Shown piece after piece: positions 28,337 to 38,125 of a stretch of 64,000 nucleotides of DNA. Both the position numbers and the translations under genes were made by a program. The number at the start of each line of letters is the position of its first letter. The stretch's first letter is position 1. This stretch comes from Alphaproteobacteria bacterium. GTDB lineage: Bacteria; Pseudomonadota; Alphaproteobacteria; JANSWW01. Below the pieces are notes generated by a model. The model had not been told where the DNA came from. It worked only from the letters and a program-made list of their open reading frames with translations, and ran no database searches. Location of the stretch: positions 414,300 through 478,299 of the forward strand of contig JANSWW010000001.1 of the NCBI GenBank assembly GCA_024743275.1. The letters run 5' to 3'.

Positions 28337-28710
28337 TCACCCCCTGCTCCCCTTGGGTATAAAGCATTAACCAATCCATATCCGATTTTGATATGGAATA
28401 GCCACCCAAGACAGCCGCCAAATCTCTTGGCGGATACCGGGTTTCTGTGCCCGAATAGCTATACACTGGCTTAAATCGCCCCCGCCCCCTTCTTATAGTT
28501 AACAATTAATGGGCAACGGCCACCGATTTTTCTTTTTGCGCAACTTCTAAACAAAAGAATTTCGGCTCAAGGCCGGTTGCGTCTTGCGTTTCGCTTGAAA
28601 GATATGTCTTATTGCGCCGAATTGGTCGCGCTATGGGACCGATTTGGTTAACCAAGACGGATCGGGCGTTCATATGGCCGCCCGGCCAACCTTTGAACAG
28701 GGAGCTACCT

Positions 28711-29805
28711 ATGAAGCGTCGTGACTTCATCAAAACCGCGGGCGTCGCCGGTATTGCGACCGCCGCCAGCACGATCGCGGCCCCCGCCATTGCGCAGGGC
28801 CGTAAAGAAATGGTGATCGTGAGCACCTGGCCGCGGGACTTCCCCGGTCTCGGTCTCAGCGCCCAGCGCCTGGCCGCCCGGATCACCGAACTGACCGAGG
28901 GTTCGATCACCACCCAGTATTTCGCGGCTGGTGAACGTGTCGGCGCCTTCGACGTGTTCGACGAAGTGGCCGGCGGCAACGCCCAGGCCTACATCGCCGC
29001 CGATTACTACTGGAAGGGCAAGCATCCGGGCTGGGCCTACTTCACCTCCGTGCCGTTCGGCATGACCACCATCGAGTGGAACGCCTGGATCAAGTTCAAG
29101 GGCGGTCAGGCCCTCTGGGACGAGATCGGCGGTGAATTCGGCCTCAAGTGCCTGCCGTGCGGCGCCACCGGCACCCAGATGGGCGGCTGGTTCAACAAAG
29201 AAATCGAAAGCGCCGACGACCTCAAGGGTCTGAAGATGCGTATCCCGGGCCTCGGCAACGACGTGATGGCCAAGCTCGGCGCCTCCCCGGTCTCGCTGCC
29301 GGGCGGTCAGATCTATGAGAACCTCGTTTCCGGCGCCATCGACGCCACCGAGTGGGTCGGCCCGTACAACGACTACTTCATGAAGTTCTACGAGGCGGCG
29401 AAGTACTACTACCACCCGGGCTTCCACGAGCCGGGCGGCGGTCTGTCCATGGGCATGAACGCTTCCTGGTGGGGCAGCCTCACACAGTCGGAAAAGAACA
29501 TCATCACCGCTGCGTCCATGGAAGAGCATGCCGCGCAGTACGAAGAGACGATGGCGTTCAACGGCGAGTATCTCTCCCGCCTGATCAACGATCATGGCGT
29601 CGAGCTGAAGCGCTTCTCCGAAGACACCTACGACGCCTTCGGCGAAGCCGCGGCCGAGGTCTTCGAAGAGACCCGCGATCACTCGGCTCTCGCCAAGAAG
29701 ATCGACGACAACTTCCAGGCGTCGCTGCGTGAGCTCGGCTATTACCAGAGCATCGCGGAAGTGGCCTACTCGGTCGAGCGGAACCGCGTTCTCGGCATCG
29801 AGTAA
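28711..29805 (+). CDS. dctP: TRAP transporter substrate-binding protein (DctP family), Tat signal
   Basis: Start at ATG 28711 (MKRRDFIKTAGVAG... a twin-arginine signal), preceded by GGGAG. DctP-family periplasmic binding protein length and motifs. Confidence 0.85.
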   Translation: MKRRDFIKTAGVAGIATAASTIAAPAIAQGRKEMVIVSTWPRDFPGLGLSAQRLAARITELTEGSITTQYFAAGERVGAFDVFDEVAGGNAQAYIAADYYWKGKHPGWAYFTSVPFGMTTIEWNAWIKFKGGQALWDEIGGEFGLKCLPCGATGTQMGGWFNKEIESADDLKGLKMRIPGLGNDVMAKLGASPVSLPGGQIYENLVSGAIDATEWVGPYNDYFMKFYEAAKYYYHPGFHEPGGGLSMGMNASWWGSLTQSEKNIITAASMEEHAAQYEETMAFNGEYLSRLINDHGVELKRFSEDTYDAFGEAAAEVFEETRDHSALAKKIDDNFQASLRELGYYQSIAEVAYSVERNRVLGIE

Positions 29806-29827
29806 TCGCTCGGTCAAACAACTATTT

Positions 29828-29861
29828 CAGACGGGGTCCTCGGACCCCGTCTGTCTTTATT
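29828..29861 (+). terminator. intrinsic terminator/attenuator between dctP and dctQ
   Basis: Near-perfect 12-bp stem CAGACGGGGTCC/GGACCCCGTCTG followed by TCTTTATT. Confidence 0.75.
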
Positions 29862-29874
29862 GGTGGTCTTGCAA

Positions 29875-30930
29875 ATGGCTAATGTAGACAACGCCGGCAC
29901 CGAGCCGCACCACATTCCGGTTCATCACGGCACGCCCCGGTTTTTCTCGACGCCCGTACTGCGATGGTTGGCCTGGAGCCACGTCTTTTTCACCTTCACC
30001 TATTTGATCGAAAACTATCTCGTGGTCTGGCAGAGCTGGCCCGGCTCGATCGCCTTCTTCCGCCATTTCGGCCTATTGGGAGAGGCCGCGCCGCTCGAAA
30101 GCGGTCTCGCGCTCTCCGCGATCTGTATTCTGCTCTATCTATCCTGTTTCGCCCTTTCCTATGTGATGGTGATGCGGTCGCGGGACGTCACCCTGCGGGC
30201 CTCTTCCATGAGCGTCGCCTCGGTCACCAACTACATCATCCGGTCCGTCTTCTGGGCGGTTCTGCTGGTCGGCCTGGTCGACATCACGGTTTCCTTCCTG
30301 CGGGTCGAAGGGTTGCTGGAAGCCTGGTTCGGGCAGCAGATGGCCTCAGATCTCGGCCGGTCCGCCTATCGCGGCGCCTACGTCCACTTCCCGCTTGTGA
30401 TCGCCGGCTTCGTGATCGGCGCCTTCAGCCGCACCCTCGGCTTCCCGTGGCTGGCGCTGCTGGTGGTCATCGCCGAGCTGACCATCGTGATCGGCCGCTT
30501 CGTGTTTTCCTACGAGCAGGCCTTCCAGGGCGACCTGGTCCGCTTCTGGTATGCGGCCCTGTTCCTGTTCGCCAGCGCCTACACGCTCTTCGAAGACGGC
30601 CATGTGCGGGTCGACGTGCTCTACAGCACCTTCGACCGACCGCTCAAAGGCACGGTCAACGCCTTCGGCTGCATCGTTCTCGGAATGACGATGTGCTGGG
30701 TGGTGATCTTCTTCGGCATGGCCGACAAGACCTCGATCATCAACACGCCGATCGCCAATTTCGAGGTGAGCCAGTCCGGCTTCGGAATGTATGTGAAGTT
30801 CTGGATGGCCGGCTTCCTGGCGATCTTCGCGGTCGCGATGAACCTGCAATTCACCAGCTATTTCCTGGAGAGCGTCGCCGACCGGCGCAGCGAACCCGGT
30901 GCGCGGGAAGTCGCGGCCATCATGCATTGA
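29875..30930 (+). CDS. dctQ: TRAP transporter small permease DctQ, unusually large (about 350 aa; extra N-terminal TM helices)
   Basis: DctQ signature (DGHVRVDVLYSTF) lies in the C-terminal half. The N-terminal half adds about 4 TM segments. ATG 29875 was chosen over the upstream TTG. Confidence 0.75.
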   Translation: MANVDNAGTEPHHIPVHHGTPRFFSTPVLRWLAWSHVFFTFTYLIENYLVVWQSWPGSIAFFRHFGLLGEAAPLESGLALSAICILLYLSCFALSYVMVMRSRDVTLRASSMSVASVTNYIIRSVFWAVLLVGLVDITVSFLRVEGLLEAWFGQQMASDLGRSAYRGAYVHFPLVIAGFVIGAFSRTLGFPWLALLVVIAELTIVIGRFVFSYEQAFQGDLVRFWYAALFLFASAYTLFEDGHVRVDVLYSTFDRPLKGTVNAFGCIVLGMTMCWVVIFFGMADKTSIINTPIANFEVSQSGFGMYVKFWMAGFLAIFAVAMNLQFTSYFLESVADRRSEPGAREVAAIMH

Positions 30931-31036
30931 TCGACCGGCATAGAAACGGCGACATCGAAAACGGCGCCCCGAGGATCCAAGAACACCAGGGGCGCGAGAC
31001 AACCGGAACGGACGTACTTAAGAAAGATCACGGTCA

Positions 31037-33697
31037 ATGGAACTTCTCTTCCTAGCCCTTCTGGTCATCCTCATGGCAGGCGCGCTCGCCAGCGGCTTCC
31101 CGGTCGCCTTCGCGCTGCCCGGAGCCGCCATCATCTCCATCATGGCGGCGGGCGTTTCCGGTTACCTGTTCGCCGGCAATGTCGACGCCTTCTTCCATCA
31201 AGGCGGACCGTCCAACTGGTTGAGCGCGGGTGTCACGAACTTTAGAGGCATCTACTGGGAGGCGGAGCGAGATACGCTCATCGCCATCCCGCTGTTCGTG
31301 TTCATGGGGATCATGCTGCAGCGCTCAAAGGTCGCCGAGGACCTCTTGGTCACCATGGCCCAGCTCTTCGGTCCGATCCGGGGCGGCCTGGGGATTTCGG
31401 TCGTCTTCGTGGGCGCGCTGCTCGCCGCCACCACTGGCATTCTCGGCGCGACCGTGGTCGCCATGGGCCTGATCTCCCTGCCGGCGATGCTGCGGAACAA
31501 CTACTCCCACCCGCTGGCGACCGGCACCATCGCCGCGTCCGGCACTCTGGGCCAGATCATCCCGCCGTCCATCGTCCTCATCATTCTGGCCGACCAGCTG
31601 TCCAGCGCCGTCGACCAGGCCGGCACCGCGCGTCAGAACATCTACAAGGAAGTCACCGGCGAACTCTCGATGCCCAGCGAATTCGCCGTCACCTCGACCA
31701 GCGCCGGCGACATGTTCATGGGCGCCGTCCTGCCGGGCCTGGTCCTGGTCGGGCTCTACATGCTGTTCATTCTGATCTCTTCGATCATCAAGCCGAAGTT
31801 GGCCCCGGCCGTGCCCTTTGACGGCGAATACGACCGCAAGTTCGCCCTCAAGGTCGTGCTCGCCCTGGTGCCGCCGCTGACCCTGATCTTCGCCGTCCTC
31901 GGCTCGATCATCACCGGCATCGCGACCGTCAACCAGGCTGGCGCCATCGGGGCGGCCGGCGCCATGATCATGGCCGGCTACCGTCTGACCGCCGGCAAGC
32001 CCGGCTGTTTCCGGCCGGCGATCTTGGCGATCATTTCGGTGATCACGCTGGCCGTCGTCGCCAACATCTACGAAGTCAATGTGCGCCGGATCGAGACCGC
32101 CGCGGACACGACGGGCCTGGTGCTCGCCGTCATCGCCGCGGTCGGCTTCCTCACCGCGCTGGCCTGGAGCGGCTGGCGGATCTTCAAGATCGACAACACC
32201 CTGCAAGGGGTGATGATGGAGACCGCCAAGACGACGTCGCTGGTCTTCATCATCCTGCTGGGCGCCGCGATGCTGACCGCCGCGTTCCGTGCCTTTGGCG
32301 GGGAAGAACTGGTCCGTGACTTCCTGGGGGGCCTTCCCGGAGGCTTTTGGACCCAGTTCATCATCGTGATGCTGGTTATCTTCCTGCTCGGCTTCTTCCT
32401 CGACTTCATCGAGATCGCCGTGGTGGTGGTGCCGATCGTCGCCCCGATCCTGCTCGCCGATCCGGAGGCCAACATCACCGCGGTCTGGCTCGGTGTCATG
32501 ATCGGGATGAACATCCAAACCTCGTTCCTGACACCGCCCTTCGGCTTCGCGCTTTTCTATCTGCGCGGCGTGGCCCCGAAGGTGATCAAGACCGTGTCGA
32601 TGTATAAGGGCGTGATACCGTTCATCTGCCTGCAGCTCTTCGCGCTGGCCATCGTCGGCTACTTCCCGCCGCTGGTGAACTATCTGCCGAACCGGACGTC
32701 ACTGATCGGGGAGACCGCACCGCCGCCGAAGAATCCGCGTCTGCAATACTGCATCGAGAATTATCTGGCGGTTCAGTACGTCGCCCAAGGTCCTCAGATC
32801 GCCGCCCTGATCGACGAGGCGAAGACCTGGGATCTCTCCGCCCTGCCGAATCGGGACGCGGATGATCTCGCCGAGGCCATCGAGAAGGCGGGCACCGTGC
32901 CGGGGCTGATGGCCGCGGCCGTCGCGGCCAAGGACGCGATCGATGTGGCGGACCCGGGCTACCGACCGCTGCATGAGGGCGTGCGCCGCCTGCAGGCGAA
33001 GATCCGCGATCTCAACGAGAAGATCGAGGATAAGACCCGCCTCGCCGGCCAACTCGAAGGCTTCGAGGAGACCCAGGAGCGGGCCGCCCGCTACCGCGAG
33101 GATGTCGAGGAGTACATCGTCGACCGCGACGCCATGCTGGCCGAGATCCCGGCGGAATGGGAAGCGGAGCACGCCGAGTTCGTGAAGATCCTCGAGGTCG
33201 AGAAGAAGGCCCGGACGACCTATCGCCGGACCGCCGACCAGGCCTACGACCCGCTGCCCGAACTCATGCTGAAGCTCCGGGATGTCGATGCCCTCGCTGC
33301 GCTTCGCGGCGAACTCGACAAGCTGGAGGCCTTCATCAAGGAAGAGACCACCGACGCCGAGCAGGAAGCCATCAAGGCGATCGAAGACGTGATCTCGGAC
33401 GTCGAGGGCACCAGCAAGGTGAAGTCCGCGGTCTCCAGCATGCGCCGCGATCTCCGGCCGGGCCGGGTCAAGATCGAGGACGCCCGGGAGGAACTGGCCG
33501 AAGCCTATGAGGAGTTCGAAAAGGAACTCGCCTGGCGTCAGGCCGCCGCCCCCGACCTGCTGCCGAAGCTGGAGCGTCTCGAGGCCGGCATCCGCCTGAC
33601 CATCGGCCTGCGTCAGCAGGACAAGATGCCGCGCGATATCGCCCTCGAGGTCGCGAAATGCGAGGCCAACCACCGGGATATCTCCCTCTACTTCTAG
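31037..33697 (+). CDS. dctM: TRAP transporter large permease DctM fused to a roughly 350-aa charged coiled-coil C-terminal extension
   Basis: The first roughly 530 aa form a polytopic DctM-type permease. The remainder (from about LPNRTSLIGETAPPPK) is hydrophilic, E/K/R/A-rich and heptad-like. Confidence 0.85.
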   Translation: MELLFLALLVILMAGALASGFPVAFALPGAAIISIMAAGVSGYLFAGNVDAFFHQGGPSNWLSAGVTNFRGIYWEAERDTLIAIPLFVFMGIMLQRSKVAEDLLVTMAQLFGPIRGGLGISVVFVGALLAATTGILGATVVAMGLISLPAMLRNNYSHPLATGTIAASGTLGQIIPPSIVLIILADQLSSAVDQAGTARQNIYKEVTGELSMPSEFAVTSTSAGDMFMGAVLPGLVLVGLYMLFILISSIIKPKLAPAVPFDGEYDRKFALKVVLALVPPLTLIFAVLGSIITGIATVNQAGAIGAAGAMIMAGYRLTAGKPGCFRPAILAIISVITLAVVANIYEVNVRRIETAADTTGLVLAVIAAVGFLTALAWSGWRIFKIDNTLQGVMMETAKTTSLVFIILLGAAMLTAAFRAFGGEELVRDFLGGLPGGFWTQFIIVMLVIFLLGFFLDFIEIAVVVVPIVAPILLADPEANITAVWLGVMIGMNIQTSFLTPPFGFALFYLRGVAPKVIKTVSMYKGVIPFICLQLFALAIVGYFPPLVNYLPNRTSLIGETAPPPKNPRLQYCIENYLAVQYVAQGPQIAALIDEAKTWDLSALPNRDADDLAEAIEKAGTVPGLMAAAVAAKDAIDVADPGYRPLHEGVRRLQAKIRDLNEKIEDKTRLAGQLEGFEETQERAARYREDVEEYIVDRDAMLAEIPAEWEAEHAEFVKILEVEKKARTTYRRTADQAYDPLPELMLKLRDVDALAALRGELDKLEAFIKEETTDAEQEAIKAIEDVISDVEGTSKVKSAVSSMRRDLRPGRVKIEDAREELAEAYEEFEKELAWRQAAAPDLLPKLERLEAGIRLTIGLRQQDKMPRDIALEVAKCEANHRDISLYF

Positions 33698-33707
33698 GAA
33701 GTATTCC

Positions 33708-34196
33708 GTGCGGAACCCGCTGGAGATCACCTACCGGGAAATGACAGAGGCGGACATCGAAGCCGCCTTTGTCGCCCGCACGTCGACCATCGAGAACCCG
33801 ATCACACGGGAACGGCTGGAAACCCAGTACAACATCACGCCGGAAACCTGGGCGGCCAACCTCAAGGGGCCGCAGAAGGGCTGGGTGGCGATCTGCCGGG
33901 AGGATGTGGTCGGCTTCTCGGTCGCCGACAAGGAAGAGGGCGAGGTCAAGGCGCTGGCCGTGATCCCCGCCTTCGAGGGTCACAATGCCGGCCGCACGCT
34001 CCTCAAGCTCGCCTGCCTGTGGCTGTTCGATCAGGGCTTCGAGACCCTCAAGCTGCTGTCGAACCCCGATCCCCGCATCCGGGCCTTCAGCTTCTACCGC
34101 CGGCTCGGCTGGAAACCGATCGGCGAGATGTACGGCGAGGACGAGGTCCTGACTCTGACCCACGACGAATTCCGCCACCACGTGGATTATCTCTAA
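33708..34196 (+). CDS. GNAT family N-acetyltransferase
   Basis: 162 aa with a GNAT acetyl-CoA-binding pattern (motif A-like region RGWVAICREDVVGF and KALAVIP). GTG start. Confidence 0.7.
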   Translation: MRNPLEITYREMTEADIEAAFVARTSTIENPITRERLETQYNITPETWAANLKGPQKGWVAICREDVVGFSVADKEEGEVKALAVIPAFEGHNAGRTLLKLACLWLFDQGFETLKLLSNPDPRIRAFSFYRRLGWKPIGEMYGEDEVLTLTHDEFRHHVDYL

Positions 34197-34375
34197 AGGG
34201 CATCGATTGAAGGGGCGGGTCCTCTGCGTTTGATTCTCTGGGCCAATCCACGTTTATACAAGGGAGCACGCGTGCGATCCCGTTGCCATTTTGAGGGGAA
34301 GGCCGAGCCGGAGCGGTTACGCAAAACCGCATTCCATCGAGACCGGGATCGCAAAGGCCGGTTCAGCTAGAGCCA

Positions 34376-36619
34376 CTACCCGTCAGATTTCACCGGGGCG
34401 AACTTGTTGTCGCGCGGGAAGCCATGCGGGGCCATGGCGCCGGCGGTCGCCCGGTTGGCCTGCCAGCGGGCGAGGTCCGGTTCGGTCCGCACGCCGGCCT
34501 TGGCCTGCCAGGACAGCCCCTCCGACAGGGTCACCGTCGTCACATCGCCGAGGCCGCCGTCCTTATAGCGCTGCAGGATCACGCCGCGTCCCCGCTGCAT
34601 GGGCGGAAGCTGCTCCAGCGGGAAGACCAGCATCTTGCGGTTCTCGCCGATCACGACGACCGAATCGCCGACGGCCGGGATCACGGTCTGAAGCGTGGCG
34701 CCCTTCGACGGGGTCATCACCTGGCGGCCGGTCCGGGTCTGGGCGGCGACATCCTTCGCCGCCACCTGGAAGCCCCGCCCGTCCGACGAGGCGAGGATCA
34801 GGGTCTCCGTCTCGTTCAAGACACGGATCGCGACTACCTCGGCGCCGTCGGCGAGATCAATGCTGATCTTCAAAGGCTCGCCGAAGCCCCGTCCCGGCGG
34901 CAACTTGTCCGCCGGCAGGGTGAAGAAGCGGCCATCCGAGGCGACGACGAGGATCTTGTCGGTGGTCTGGGCATGGAGCGAGAACCGGCCCTCGTCCCCT
35001 TCCTTATAGCGGACATCGGACACGTCCTTGAGATGACCGCGGGCCGCCTTGATCCAGGACTTCTTGGACAGAAGGACGGTGATCGGTTCCTTCTCGACGA
35101 AAGCGTCGACACTGATCTCGGTCTCCTCGACCGCGCCGGCGATATCGGTGCGGCGGGTCCAGACCGCCTTGTCCTTGGCGAGGGATTTGCGCAGGTCGCC
35201 GAGCTCCGTATGGATCGCGGTCCAGCGGCGGTCCTCCCGTTCCAGAAGATCGGTGAGATCCGCCTGCTCCTCCTTCAGGGCGTCGTATTCCTTGCGGATC
35301 TCCATCTCTTCCAGCTTCCGGAGATTGCGCAGGCGCATGTTGAGGACGGCGTCGGCCTGTACCTCGGTCAGATCGAAGGCGGCGATAAGGTCCCGCTTCG
35401 GCTCGTCCTCCTCCCGGATGATGCGGATCACCTCGTCGAGATTGAGATAGGCGACGAGATAGCCCGACAGTACCTCCAACCGCGCGGCGATCTTCCCGAG
35501 GCGGTGGCGGGTGCGCCGCTCCAAGACTTCGAGCCGGTGGTCGAGAAAGGCGCGCAAGACCTGCTGCAGGCCCATGACGCGCGGCACCTGGTCGGCGCCC
35601 AACACGTTCATGTTAAGGGCGAACTTGTTCTCCAGGTCGGTCACCCGATAGAGGCTTTCCATCAGGACGGCCGGGTCGACGTTGCGGCTCTTCGGCTCCA
35701 GGACGATCCGCACATCCTCGGTGCTCTCGTCCAGCACGTCGGCCAGCAGCGGCAGTTTCCGCTGGTTCAGCAGGTCGGCGATCCGCTCGATGAGCCGGGA
35801 TTTCTGCACCTGATAGGGAATTTCGGTGACGATGACCTTGTAGGTCCCGCCCTTGCCCTCTTCCTTTTCCCATTTGGCCCGGACCCGGAAGCTGCCCCGG
35901 CCGGTCGCGTAGGCCTCGCGGATATTGGCCGGATCCTCGACCAGAATGCCGCCGGTCGGAAAGTCCGGCCCGGGCATCTTCTTCAACAGGGTGTCGAGGC
36001 TGGCGTCGGGATGCTTGATCATGTGTTGGGCGGCGGCGATCACCTCGTCGGCGTTGTGCGGCGGGATCGAGGTGGCCATGCCGACGGCGATGCCCTGGGC
36101 ACCGTTCGCCAGGAGATTCGGGAAACCGGCCGGGAGAACCACCGGCTCCTCCCCCTCGCCGTCATAGGTCGGGCGGTAGTCGACCGCGTCCTCGTTGATG
36201 CCCTCCAGCATCGCCTGGGCGATCGGGGTCAGCCGCGCCTCCGTATAGCGCATGGCCGCCGCGTTATCGCCGTCGATGTTGCCGAAGTTTCCCTGGCCGT
36301 CGATCAGCGGATAGCGCTGGGCGAAATCCTGGGCGAGACGGACCAGGGCGTCATAGATCGACTGGTCGCCATGGGGGTGATAGCGGCCGATCACCTCGCC
36401 GACCACACGCGCGCTCTTTTTCGGCCCCTTGGACGGATCGAGCCCCAATTCCCGCATCGCATAGAGCAGCCGCCGGTGTACCGGCTTCAGCCCGTCCCGC
36501 ACATCCGGCAGGGAGCGTGACACGATGGTCGACAGGGCATAGGCCAGATAGCGCTCGCTCAACGCCTCCGACAGGGATACCGGGCGGGCCCGGTCGTCGT
36601 CCAGGACCAGATCGCTCAT
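34376..36619 (-). CDS. parC: DNA topoisomerase IV subunit A
   Basis: 747 aa. The N-terminal GyrA/ParC breakage-reunion domain includes the active-site region around RYTEARL. The short C-terminal domain without a GyrA box favours ParC over GyrA. Confidence 0.9.
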   Translation of the reverse strand: MSDLVLDDDRARPVSLSEALSERYLAYALSTIVSRSLPDVRDGLKPVHRRLLYAMRELGLDPSKGPKKSARVVGEVIGRYHPHGDQSIYDALVRLAQDFAQRYPLIDGQGNFGNIDGDNAAAMRYTEARLTPIAQAMLEGINEDAVDYRPTYDGEGEEPVVLPAGFPNLLANGAQGIAVGMATSIPPHNADEVIAAAQHMIKHPDASLDTLLKKMPGPDFPTGGILVEDPANIREAYATGRGSFRVRAKWEKEEGKGGTYKVIVTEIPYQVQKSRLIERIADLLNQRKLPLLADVLDESTEDVRIVLEPKSRNVDPAVLMESLYRVTDLENKFALNMNVLGADQVPRVMGLQQVLRAFLDHRLEVLERRTRHRLGKIAARLEVLSGYLVAYLNLDEVIRIIREEDEPKRDLIAAFDLTEVQADAVLNMRLRNLRKLEEMEIRKEYDALKEEQADLTDLLEREDRRWTAIHTELGDLRKSLAKDKAVWTRRTDIAGAVEETEISVDAFVEKEPITVLLSKKSWIKAARGHLKDVSDVRYKEGDEGRFSLHAQTTDKILVVASDGRFFTLPADKLPPGRGFGEPLKISIDLADGAEVVAIRVLNETETLILASSDGRGFQVAAKDVAAQTRTGRQVMTPSKGATLQTVIPAVGDSVVVIGENRKMLVFPLEQLPPMQRGRGVILQRYKDGGLGDVTTVTLSEGLSWQAKAGVRTEPDLARWQANRATAGAMAPHGFPRDNKFAPVKSDG

Positions 36620-36686
36620 GGTCAGTTCCTCAAGATATGGCAGTCAGCCAATCGGCGGACCTCTAGATACAGTAGCTTTCCCGCTG

Positions 36687-37409
36687 CTAGGCCGCAAGCC
36701 GGGTGAGCCGGTCGACCATCCGTTTGCGCGCGCCCGGCGTCTCCTCGTCCTTGAGATGGAAGACCGAGCGGTTGAGGAAATGTTCGGTGAGCGCCAGACC
36801 GTCGAGGATGGCCCGCGGGGTCACCTCGCCCGTCCCGGTCAGGAACCCCGGCAGGGTCAGCAGCCGGTCGCGATAGGGCTCGCCGGCGGACAGCGACACC
36901 GCCCTTCCGGTGCGCGGGCTGACATAGGCGAGCTGGTCGTTGCTGCCGGTCGCCGCACAGCACGAGAGATCGAGCCCGAAGCCGAGTTCGGCGAGCACGC
37001 CCATTTCCCAGCGGACATAGAGCGCCGGCCAGAAATCGTGATCCAGCGCATCGATGAAGGCCAGAAGCCCCTGATAGGCGCCGGGATGGGCCTCGCGTTC
37101 GGGCAGCGCCTTCTCTGCCACCGCGGCCGCCGCGGCGAGCGCCGCCAGCCGGTCCGGGTCGTCGTAATAGCGCGACGAGACCGTGGCGACCGGCTCCGCC
37201 TCATAGGCGCCGAGATGGTCGGCGATGCGGGCACGCCAGGTCAGCAGCAGCCGGTTGCCCGGCTCGAACATCGCCCGCTTCTTGACCGACTGGCCGCCGC
37301 GCACGAGCCCGGCATGGCGCCCCTGGCCGGCGGTCAGCGCCTGTAGGATGAGGCTCGTATCGCCATGGGGCCGGGCGGAGAGCACAATGCCTTCCTCGGT
37401 CCATTCCAT
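36687..37409 (-). CDS. recO: DNA repair protein RecO
   Basis: 240 aa. The N-terminal OB fold and C-terminal Cys-containing region match RecO. Located immediately downstream of parC. Confidence 0.85.
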   Translation of the reverse strand: MEWTEEGIVLSARPHGDTSLILQALTAGQGRHAGLVRGGQSVKKRAMFEPGNRLLLTWRARIADHLGAYEAEPVATVSSRYYDDPDRLAALAAAAAVAEKALPEREAHPGAYQGLLAFIDALDHDFWPALYVRWEMGVLAELGFGLDLSCCAATGSNDQLAYVSPRTGRAVSLSAGEPYRDRLLTLPGFLTGTGEVTPRAILDGLALTEHFLNRSVFHLKDEETPGARKRMVDRLTRLAA

Positions 37410-37412
37410 CGC

Positions 37413-37826
37413 CTATGCCTCCCAGGGATTGACCAGATCCACGCCCAGGCCGGCAAAGCCGCCGTCGCGGGTGGCCAGGATGGCGCGTCGGGACCGGGCT
37501 GTCGCGGCGATTATCGCGTCCTGAAGACTGATCTGTCGCCCCTGGCCTCGCGCCGTCGCGCGGATATCCGCAAAGTCCCTAGCGGCCCTCATGTCGAAGG
37601 AAAGGATTCGGTTCTCGAATTCCGCGAACAGCGCTGTCGCCGCCTCAGAAAGAAGACTCCGCCGGCGACCTTCGGGCAACCGAAAAACGCCTTCCCAGAT
37701 CTCAGCCACAACGAAGCTCGGCAAAAAGAGTGCTTCTATCGATTGGATACGCAGCCACCGATCGACGGACGGGTCGTCATGCTCCTTCATCAATTCCGAT
37801 GCGACGTTGGTGTCGAGAACAATCAT
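37413..37826 (-). CDS. vapC: type II toxin VapC (PIN-domain ribonuclease)
   Basis: 137 aa. Begins MIVLDTNV, supplying the first PIN acidic residue. Conserved acidic residues follow downstream. Its start overlaps the stop of the upstream antitoxin gene by 4 nt. Confidence 0.85.
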   Translation of the reverse strand: MIVLDTNVASELMKEHDDPSVDRWLRIQSIEALFLPSFVVAEIWEGVFRLPEGRRRSLLSEAATALFAEFENRILSFDMRAARDFADIRATARGQGRQISLQDAIIAATARSRRAILATRDGGFAGLGVDLVNPWEA

Positions 37827-38113
37827 TCATCGAACCGATGGGCCGAGCGCTCCGGGAGCACAGGCCTCTGGAAATCGTCCCAATAGCCGGCCTCGGCGAA
37901 GGCGCCGCGCACGCGGTCGACCCAGTGCCCCTGGTCGTTCACGGACGATTTGGTCGGGTGTTCCGAACGTCCGGTTTCCGCCGGTTCGCCGGCCAACATA
38001 CGCTCAATGAGTATCCGCACCTCGGCCTCCATCGACCGGCCGTGCCGTTTGGCGCGCCGGCGCAACCGCTCTTTGACCTCGGGATCCAGGTTGCGAATCA
38101 GGATCGATGCCAT
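37823..38113 (-). CDS. vapB: type II antitoxin (FitA/VapB-like ribbon-helix-helix)
   Basis: Start set at ATG 38113 (MASILIRNLDPEVKERLRRRA, an RHH motif). A GGAGG lies 7 nt upstream. The upstream MEVA codons of the ORF track are the RBS itself. Confidence 0.8.
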   Translation of the reverse strand: MASILIRNLDPEVKERLRRRAKRHGRSMEAEVRILIERMLAGEPAETGRSEHPTKSSVNDQGHWVDRVRGAFAEAGYWDDFQRPVLPERSAHRFDE

Positions 38114-38125
38114 GGCCACCTCCAA

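Noticed and set aside
34424-36520. 698-aa plus-strand ORF antisense to parC
   Set aside because: A shadow ORF. parC on the minus strand has unambiguous topoisomerase motifs.
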